A DNA stretch of 64,000 nucleotides from the human T2T-CHM13v2.0 reference genome, Homo sapiens. The stretch's first letter is position 1. Each line of letters opens with the position of its first letter. The translations under genes were made by a program, and so were the position numbers. Location: the NCBI RefSeq assembly GCF_009914755.1, contig NC_060941.1. One strand, given 5' to 3'. A model generated the notes under the pieces. The model did no database searches. It worked only from the letters and a program-made list of their open reading frames with translations, and was not told where the DNA came from. Below are positions 46,858 to 64,000 of the stretch, piece after piece.

Positions 46858-47297
46858 TCAACCTTGAAGGTTACTTCAGTTATAGTTGGCACTGTTCGGC
46901 TTGTGCAGTTCATGAAACCCTTATCTGTTTTACCTTTTATACCTTTTTTGTAAATTTGAAATTTTACTTTTTGTCTCTAAGAGAGAATTACATTCGTTTA
47001 GAGTTACATGTTAATATTTGAAATCAAATGTATCTGGCAGGTTAACATGATTGGGAGTGGGTAAATGTATGTTAAATTTAAAAGTAATGCTGTTTTGGCT
47101 CATTGAATTATTAATTTAAAAGACAAAACAGTATGGTTTTTGACATTAGTTGACTTTCACTATAAGTGGAAAATCATCATCTAATATTTATACTAACATC
47201 ACAATAAAATTTATCTTTGAAAATGAGTACTGTAACTAATAATTTAGAAATAAATTTTAAGTGAAATAATCTTTTTTTTTCTTCTCTTTCTCCTTAG

Positions 47298-47519
47298 GTG
47301 GAATGAATCTTACTTGTTGAATATCTTCTGGTTACTAGTTGGATTCATTTGTGAAAGAATCATTTTCCCCTGTGTGGAAGACACTTAGTGGCATATTTAA
47401 ATTATAAGTCCACGGATCAAAAAGCTTTTTGATTTCCCAAAGGAGGGACATACCACTATATCAGATAAGCTTGACATTACAGCCAAGATGGTGCTGTCCC
47501 AGAGACAACGAGATGAACT
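47298..47519 (+). other. PAFAH1B1: PAFAH1B1 exon 2 (190 nt UTR + 32 nt CDS)
   Basis: Long polypyrimidine tract ending TCCTTAG at 47297; donor CT|GTAAGT at 47519/47520. Confidence 0.96.
47488..47519 (+). CDS. PAFAH1B1: LIS1 / platelet-activating factor acetylhydrolase IB subunit beta, first coding segment MVLSQRQRDE(L); CDS continues beyond the window
   Basis: Strong Kozak context (AAGATGG); the peptide is the LIS1 N-terminus at the start of the LisH motif; phase-2 donor. Confidence 0.97.
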
Positions 47520-47686
47520 GTAAGTTTCTTTGTTTTGTGCTTTAAAAAAAATCTCCCTCATGAGAGAGAAAGTAGTAAATTAAAATACAGCTTTGGGAGG
47601 TCTCTTCTAAGATTAAAACTATTTTTACCAGTGTTCCAATATTAGTTTAGGCAGTTTGGTCTGATTTTAAAACAGTCTTATTATGA

Positions 47687-48007
<321 letters not shown>

Positions 48008-48757
48008 TGATACAGCATTATTCACCCTTGTGACTTGACTGTATGTAAGTTTAACGCAAAACAGACAAGTCAGTTGGGATGAGTTTTACCCTAAGCTTAT
48101 TTTTATTTTTATTTTTGAGATGGACTCTCGTTCTGTCACCCAGGCTGGAGTGCAGTGGCGCAATCTCGGCTCACTGCAAGCTCTGCCTCCTGGGTTCACG
48201 CCATTCTTCTGCCTCAACCTCCCGAGTAGCTGAGACTACAGGTGACCGTCAACACGCCTGGCTAAGTTTTGTATTTTTAGTAGAGATGGGGTTTCACCGT
48301 GTTAGCCAGGATGGTCTCAATCTCCTGACCTCGTGATCCGCCTGCCTCGGCCTCCCAAAGTGCTGGGATTACAGGCGTGAGCCACCGCGCCTGGCCCCTA
48401 AGCTTATCTTTTAAAATATTATGTTCAATAGGAAGTTAGGTGCTTCATAGCTCCTCTAAACCTTTTTTTGGTGTGGAATCTGTGCATTAGAAAAATGAAA
48501 GCTGTTTTGTTCTTGTTATCACTGATGTCTTTCCTTTGCCTTGTTGTGTTTCTTTTATCTTCCAATGGCCATTACAGAATTTGAAGAATTTGAACTTTAT
48601 GAGGTAGCTAATAAAATAATTAATGCAGATGCTTTAATGAGAGAGGTGTGAAATGGTTTGACCTCTTCTGTTTTAGAGTATTTTATAGCATTCCATTTTT
48701 ATAGGTGAAGAACATAGGGGGATTTTCCACTCCCCCGCTTCACCTGACTAGCTTTAA

Positions 48758-49075
<318 letters not shown>

Positions 49076-49399
49076 TGAGTATGTTCTATATTTTTACAAT
49101 TAAAAAAAAAATTTTGTGGCTTTTCAACAATTTTTATTTGGAAGTAATTTCAAATTTATAAAGTTGCAAGATTAGCACAAAGCATACTAATGTTTTTTGA
49201 AATACACCCATTGTTAACATTTTGTACCATTTGCTTTATCATTTGCACTCTGTGTGTTGGGGGTCTGTGTGTGCAGTATGCAATAGGTTTTTCTTAAACC
49301 ATGTTAGAGTAAGTTGCATATATCAAAGAAATACCTTTTCCCACAAATAAACTTAAGTAGTTCCCCAAAATAAGGATATTCTATAAAACCATAGTATAG

Positions 49400-49945
<546 letters not shown>

Positions 49946-50295
49946 TGATGAGATTCAGGTTACGCATTCTTGGCCAGAATACTACATAAGTAGTTTGTAT
50001 TCTTCTTAAGAGAGTTGGATTTAGAGAGACATAATGGTCATCTGCCCCTCAGTTTTCATCCTCAACCAAGATGATTGATTTTTTCACTGTGTAGTTACTG
50101 TCATTTTCTTTACCACAAATAAGTGGGAAGTACTTTAAGACCATGCAAACATTCATGTTTTCCATCAGTATTTCCCTCCTGGATTTGAGGTCTATTGATT
50201 CTCGCCTGAACCATCTTTACTACAGTGGTTATAGAGTGATGGTTTTCACCACCACTCATTCCACACTACAGGCAGCACTTATCATTTTGCTGTAA

Positions 50296-50835
<540 letters not shown>

Positions 50836-51076
50836 TAACAAGATGTTCCGGGTTTACTGTGTACCTATCCTGCCTTAATTCTAGAATCAGCTCTTTCTCC
50901 AACAAGCTTTGGTTCTTCTTAGTGGCGCATGATATGTATTAGAGACCAAGATACGGGCACTAGGTATGGGCATTATTACTGGGATGTCTTTGTTTCTGGG
51001 CCCTTTAAGTAGACAGAGGTAGAAAATACATGCATGTATAAATACATATACTGACACCCTAGTATACACATATACA

Positions 51077-51247
51077 AGTGTTTTCTCAGTCTTGGCACGA
51101 TTGACATTTTGGGCCAAATAATTCCTTATTGTGGGGTCAGTCTTGTATAGTTTTGGTTGTTAGCAACATCTCTGGCTTCCACCCACTAGATGCTACAAAG
51201 AAAATTATCTCCAGACATTGCCAGTGTCACCAGTTGAAAACTACTGA
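51077..51247 (+). mobile_element. MER20 (hAT-Charlie)
   Basis: GTGTTTTCTCAGTCTTGGCACGATTGACATTTTGGGCC...CACCCACTAGATGC...TCTCCAGACATTGCCA...GTTGAAAACTACTG. Confidence 0.75.
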
Positions 51248-51439
51248 TAAGTACCTACATGTCCACATACTTAACTTTAGAAATCATTAGGCTACAGTGA
51301 TGCTTCTAATTCTGGTCTGTCCCCACAGAATTCTTTATCTTCTCTCATACCATTTATTTGTATCCCTCTTCTTCTATAGTGAGAACTCTGACTCCCAATA
51401 ATATCAATAGATTGATTCACTTCCTCAATTCTGTAATAT

Positions 51440-51817
51440 AGGATGAGCAGCCCAAGTCCAGAAATCCAAAATGCTTCAAAATCTGAAACTTTTTGAGTGC
51501 CAACATGACACTACAAGTGGACAGTTCCACACCTGACTGACCCCATGTGACAAGTTGCAAATGTTATTTAAAATTTTGTATAGAATTACCTTCATTAGAA
51601 CTTGGGGATAAGTGTTCAGAAAAAAATAAATAAAATTGCCTTCAGTCTGTATGTATAAGGCATTTATGAAACAAATGAATTTCGTGTTTAGACTTGGTTG
51701 AGTCTCATCTCCGAGATACCTCGTTAGATACATGCAAATATTCCATAATTTAGAAAAAATGTCGAAATCTGAAATACTTCTGATCCCAAGCATTTCAGAT
51801 AAGAGCTACTCAACCTC
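51440..51817. mobile_element. Tigger4b/Zombi-like MITE
   Basis: GAAATCCAAAATGCTTCAAAATCTGAAACTTTTTGAGTGCC...CCCAAGCATTTCAGATAAGAGCTACTCAACCT. Confidence 0.7.
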
Positions 51818-53554
51818 TACTTCTCAAATAGTTTTAGAATTGTTTCCCTCATACTTCCACGAAGACCAGACATCCGGGAAAGGATTGAGAATTCGCATGC
51901 AGCTCTGCTCCTGCCTGTCCTGCCCACGACATGATCATCAAATGTGTTAATAGGTTACTTAGAATTTGTTTTGTTGTTGTTTTCCCTCTTTGCATGATGG
52001 TATTACTCATTTGAAATATAGTTGGGTTCATCTTGCTTGTTTTCATCCTCCCCCTCACTCCCCGCTGTCCTATCTTTAATTTTTTTAATATATAAACCAT
52101 TATCTATAGAAAAACATGTACCCAGAAGTGTTACTCTCTTCTGAATCCCTTCCACCATGTTACCCCCAACTCCTTTCATCCCTTGAGGGAACCAAGCTTA
52201 TTGTTTTTAAAAATATGAGATAGATATATGTCTTCTTATTTCTCCCTCTTTCTTAAATAAAAGTAGCATACTGTATATGTTCTTTGTTTGTTTTTTTGTT
52301 TTGGAGACAAGAGTCTCATTCTGTCTTCCAGTCTGGACTGGAGTGCAGTGGCATGATCATGGCTCACTGCAGCCTTGACCTCCTGGGCTAAAGCGATTGT
52401 TACACCTCAGCCTCCCGAGTAGCTGGGACTACAGGTGCATGCCATGCCACCATGCTCAGCTAATTTTTTCCTTTGCCTTTTTTGTTTTCCCCCTTTTGTG
52501 GAGAATGGGGTCTCGCTATATTGCCCAGGCAGGTCTCGAACTCCTGGGCTCAAGCTATTCTCCTGCCTCTGCCCCCCTAATAGCTGGGATTACAGGCATG
52601 AGCCACTGCACCTGGCCACACTCAGCTAATTTTTCTTTAGTTTTTGTAGAGATGGTCTCACTATGTTGCCCAGGCTGCCTCTGGGCTTAGGTGATGCTTG
52701 CACCTAGGCCTCACAAAGTGCTGGGATTACAAGTGTGAGCCAACACACCTGGCTTTTTTTTTTTTCTCTTCCCCCGGAGACAGAGGCTTTCTCTGTTGCC
52801 CAGACTGGAGTGCAGTGGGGTGATCTCAGCTCCCTGCAACCTCTGCCTCCTGGGTTCAAGTGATTCTTGTGTCTCAGCCTCCTGAGTAGCTGGGGTTACA
52901 GGCAGGCACCACCACACCCCGCTAATTTTTTGTATTTTTAGTAGAGACAGGATTTCACCATGTTGGCCAGGCTGGTCTCAAGCTCCTGACCTCAACAGAT
53001 CACCTGCTTCGGCCTTCCAAAGTGTTGGGATTACAGGCGTGAGCCACCGTGCCCGGCCCACACCTGGCTCTTTTTGATGTTGTTAAAGACAGATTCAACC
53101 CCTTTCGCCCAGGCTGGAGTACAGTGGCGCAGTCAGAGCTCACTGCAGCATTTAATTTCTGGGCTCAAGAGATCCTCCCACGTCAGTCTTCTGAGCAGCT
53201 GGGACTGCAGGCTCCCGCCACCACATCTGGCTAATTTTTTATTTACAGATTTTTTTTGTAAAGATGAAGTCTTGCTATGTTGCCCACGGTGGTCTCACTC
53301 TTGGGCCCAAGCCTCCCGAGTTGCTGGGATTACAGGCTCAAGCCACTGAGCCTCTCTTGCTCTTTTTTTTTTTTTTCTTACCAATCCAGTATCTCCTGGA
53401 ACTTTTTCCATATAAGCTCATAAAGTTTTTCCTTATTTTTCTTTTTAAAACAGTTGTAGGCTGGGCACAGTGACTCATGCCTGTAATCCCAGCACTTTGG
53501 GAGGCCGAGACGGGTGCATGACCTTAGGTCAGGAGTCCAAGACCAGCCTGGCTA

Positions 53555-53740
<186 letters not shown>

Positions 53741-54583
53741 TCAAAAAATAAATAAATAAATAAAACAGTTGTATATGTAGTACCTAGTTCTCTACTTATA
53801 CCTTAATGTATTCAACCAGTCTCCCGTGTTTGGTATATTTAGGTAGTTTTCAATATTTTGTAACTCCAAATAATACTGTAATACATAACCCTGCATATGT
53901 GTACCTTTGTATTATTTGGAGGTATATGTGTTTTTTTAGTCATTGTTATTTCTGAGTCAATTCAGATCTGTCTTCCAGATGCTTTGTATGAACTCACTGC
54001 AGTCACACTACCTTCATAATCAGGATAAGTATTTAAGCATTATGATATTATGGCCCAAAAGAGAGCTTTTAATTTGAATAAAAATAAAGTGAAAGAGGAG
54101 AACCTAATTTCAGATGACTAAATTTATAGAGAGCTTTAGATAAATAATTTAAAATGTTCATCAGGCCAGGTGTGGTGACTCACACCTATAATCCCAGCAT
54201 TTTGGGAGGCCGAAGTGAGAGAATGGCTTGAGCACAGAGGTTCAAGACCAGCGTGGGCAACCTGGTGAAACCCTGTCTCTACAAAAAATACAAAAATTAG
54301 CCGGTTGTGGTGGCAGGCACCTGTAATCCCGGCTACTCAGCTGGCTGAGGCAAGAGGATTGCTTGACCTTGGGAGATTGAGGCTGCAGTGAGCCATGATC
54401 ATGTCACTGCACACCACTCCAGCAACAGAGCAAGATCCTGTCAAAAAACAAAAACAAAAGTGTTCTTCAAGCAAAGAAAATTTGTCTTATAATAAGATTT
54501 AAATGTAAATCTGGGGCCGGGTGCAGTGGCTCATGCCTGTCATCCCAGCACTTTGGGAGGCTGAGGCAGATCACTTGAGGTCA

Positions 54584-55008
<425 letters not shown>

Positions 55009-55139
55009 TAGCCAGGATGGTCTCACTCTCCTGACCTCGTGATCCACCCGCCTGGACCTCCCAAAGTGCTAGGATTACAGGCATGAGCCACCACGCCTGG
55101 CCAAATATATATATATTTCTAAATAGCTAAGGAGTTGAG

Positions 55140-59290
<4,151 letters not shown>

Positions 59291-59594
59291 AGGCCAGGCA
59301 CTGTGGCTTAGGCCTGGAATCCCTGCGCTTTGGGAGGCCAAGGAGTTTGAGATCGGCCTGGGCAACGTAGGTGCAAGATTTTATCTTTACAAAAAATTGA
59401 TTTAAAAAATAGTCTGGCAGCCAGGTGCAGTGGCTCACGCCTGTAATCCCAACACTTTGGGAGGCCGAGGCGGGTGGATCACTTGAGGTCAGGAGTTCAA
59501 GACCAGCTTGGACAACATGGCAAAACCCCATCTCTACTGAAAATACGAACATTAGCCAGACGTGGCGGTGTGCACCTGTAATCCCAGCTACTCA

Positions 59595-59873
<279 letters not shown>

Positions 59874-60600
59874 TTATGTGGGTATATAAAAGTAATCCCA
59901 CAATTTATAGAAATATTTTCTTTAAAATTATTGTGAGTTCTAACCATTTTTTTGTGTGTGTATAATGCCATTCTCTTCCTCTGTGAAGTGCCTGTTCGGG
60001 GTGTTGCTACGTTTTTGTTTTGTTGTGTTTTCTGTTGTAGTGTTTACATTTTTCTTGTCGATTCCTAAGAGGACTTTAGGGTACTGAGTCACCCATGGTC
60101 ATGTGTTGCAGAGAAGTGTCACAGAGTGAAAACTGTCTTTTCCTTGATACTACCTTTAGATTCATATTTGGGAAGACCTTCGCTAATCATGACTACATAA
60201 GTATTCACTTTTACTTTCTTAAGACCTTTTTGTTTTCATTTCTTTTTATAGTAATGTCTAAGCCATCTGGAATTTATGTTTGTTGATTATGCAAGAAAGG
60301 GATCGAAGTGCTTTTTCTGAGTCATTATCCACATGCCGAAACATTTATTGAATAGCCCTTTCCTTATTGATCTGAAAACACCTTCTTATAAAACCTTGCA
60401 TTGGTTTTTGGACTTGCTGTGCTTTCAGGAGTCAGAAGAACATTCTTTTGATTATTGTAGCTTTACATTAATAATACATTTTGGCCGGGTGCGGTGGCTC
60501 ACGTATGTAATCCTAGCATTTTGGGAGACTGAGGCAGGCGGAACACCTGAGGTCAGGGGTTCAAGACCAGACTGGCCAACATGGCAAAACCCCGTCTCTA

Positions 60601-60798
<198 letters not shown>

Positions 60799-60964
60799 TC
60801 AATATGAGGTAATAAATTCTCCTAAATTTTTTGTTTTGTAAACCTCCTTGCTTCTCTTAAATTATTTTCCCAAAAAGCCTTAAGTGTTTTCCGTAGTAAT
60901 TTTGATTTGGGAATGGAGTGAGTGACTTGGTAGAGGGTGCCATATGCCTTTTTGCCTTTCCCCA

Positions 60965-61690
<726 letters not shown>

Positions 61691-61946
61691 TTATTGCTTT
61701 AAAAAACTGACTTTTGCAGTTAGTTGAGGTCCTGAGGTTTCTCCTGTGAATCTGTTTGAACATCATATATATTTGGCATTGATTGGAAAGCGGTTTTTCC
61801 CTGGCCTGTGTGAAATACACTGAAGGTCTGCACCTGCCCGCGCACTTCACGTTGTACATGGGAATGTACTATAGCTGCACATGTTCATGTAGTGGCGTTA
61901 GATGCCAAATAGTTCTAGGGCTTAGTTTAAGATTGGGTACTTTTTG

Positions 61947-62618
61947 TCAGGAAACAACAGGTGCTGGAGAGGATTTGGAGAAATAGGAACACTTTTGCAC
62001 TGTTGGTGGGACTGTAAACTAGTTCAACCGTTATGGAAGTCAGTGTGGCGATTCCTCAGGGATCTAGAACTGGAAATATCATTTGACCCAGCCATCCCAT
62101 TACTGGGTATATATACCCAAAGGATTATAAATCATGCTGCTATAAAGACACATGCACACATATGTTTATTGTGGCACTGTTCACAATAGCAAAGACTTGG
62201 AACCAACCCAGATGTCCAACAACGATAGACTGGATTAAGAAAATGTGGTACATATACATCGTGGAATACTATGCAGCCATAAAAAAGGATGAGTTTGTGC
62301 CCTTTATAGGGACATGGATGAAGCTGGAAACCATCATTCTCAGCAAACTATTGCAGGGACAAAAAACCAAACACCACATGTTCTCACTCATAGGTGGGAA
62401 TTGAACAATGAGAACAGCTGGACACAGGAAGGGGAACATCACACACCAGGGCCTGTCGTGAGGTGAGGGGAGAGGGGAGGGATAGCATTAGGAGATATAC
62501 CTAATGTAAATGACGAGTTAATGGGTGCAGCACACCAACATGGCACATGTATACATATGTAACAAACCTGCACGTTGTGCACATGTACCCTAGAACTTAA
62601 AAGTATTAAAAAAAAAAA
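61947..62618 (+). mobile_element. 5'-truncated L1PA (about L1PA4-5) 3' end
   Basis: ORF2 C-terminus (GNNRCWRG...HCWWDCKLVQPLWK), 3' UTR and A tail; TSD AAGATT(T)GGGTACTTTTTG on both sides. Confidence 0.9.
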
Positions 62619-62910
62619 GATTTGGGTACTTTTTGCCTGACTTTGTGATCTATAATAAGGCATGAAAGTAATTTTTAGATCTTGTTAGTGACTCAGCTTT
62701 CAAACAGGTATTTTCCACTCCTTTTTAAATCTTCTGGCTCAGTTTAATTGAAGAATACTCTGAGACTGCAAGTTGAGCTGTTTAAATCCAGGGACTGTTT
62801 GCACTGTTTACCTGTGTGAATTTGAATTTTGTTAATATAGGGCAACAAAAACAAAGTACACGAATGAATTTGGATAGTAAGGTTGAAATAAGACTATAAC
62901 TATAATCTAA

Positions 62911-64000
<1,090 letters not shown>

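Noticed and set aside
60070-60200. Possible H/ACA snoRNA (ends near ACATAA)
   Set aside because: No convincing H box or two-hairpin fold; it sits collinearly within a degraded antisense L1M segment.
62688-62697. Single ARE/AP-1 motif GTGACTCAGC
   Set aside because: Isolated short motif with no supporting context; expected by chance in 64 kb.

Overview
This is primate, almost certainly human, genomic DNA covering the 5' part of PAFAH1B1 (LIS1) on the + strand. A CpG-island promoter (~2.4-3.9 kb) carries NRF1, CRE, GC-box and YY1 motifs and a (GGC)9 repeat. Non-coding exon 1 ends at 3193 and is followed by a 44.1 kb intron 1. The 222-bp exon 2 (47298-47519) holds the start codon (MVLSQRQRDEL); the rest of the window is intron 2. 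The introns are dense with repeats: roughly 80 Alu copies or fragments, a rearranged L1PB, a full-length THE1C provirus, THE1 and MLT2 solo LTRs, L1PA and old L1M fragments, and MER2, MER20, MER30, MER58B and Tigger4 DNA transposons. They also contain an antisense processed SAMD11 pseudogene. Almost all ORFs in the supplied track are Alu or L1 read-through artefacts. I found no new multi-gene system. The best leads are regulatory or RNA-level hypotheses. Exon 2 could form an AUG-containing circRNA encoding a 40-aa hydrophobic microprotein. A junction-spanning uORF is fed in frame by two candidate first exons. A 16-bp ARE-like element occurs twice, and an Alu has acquired a recursive-splice-like site. 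There is a pre-miRNA-sized hairpin, and the SAMD11 retrocopy appears to preserve an exon-skipped isoform. Several rearrangement scars are also visible. Repeat subfamily names and SAMD11 comparisons come from memory of consensus sequences, and repeat boundaries are approximate.
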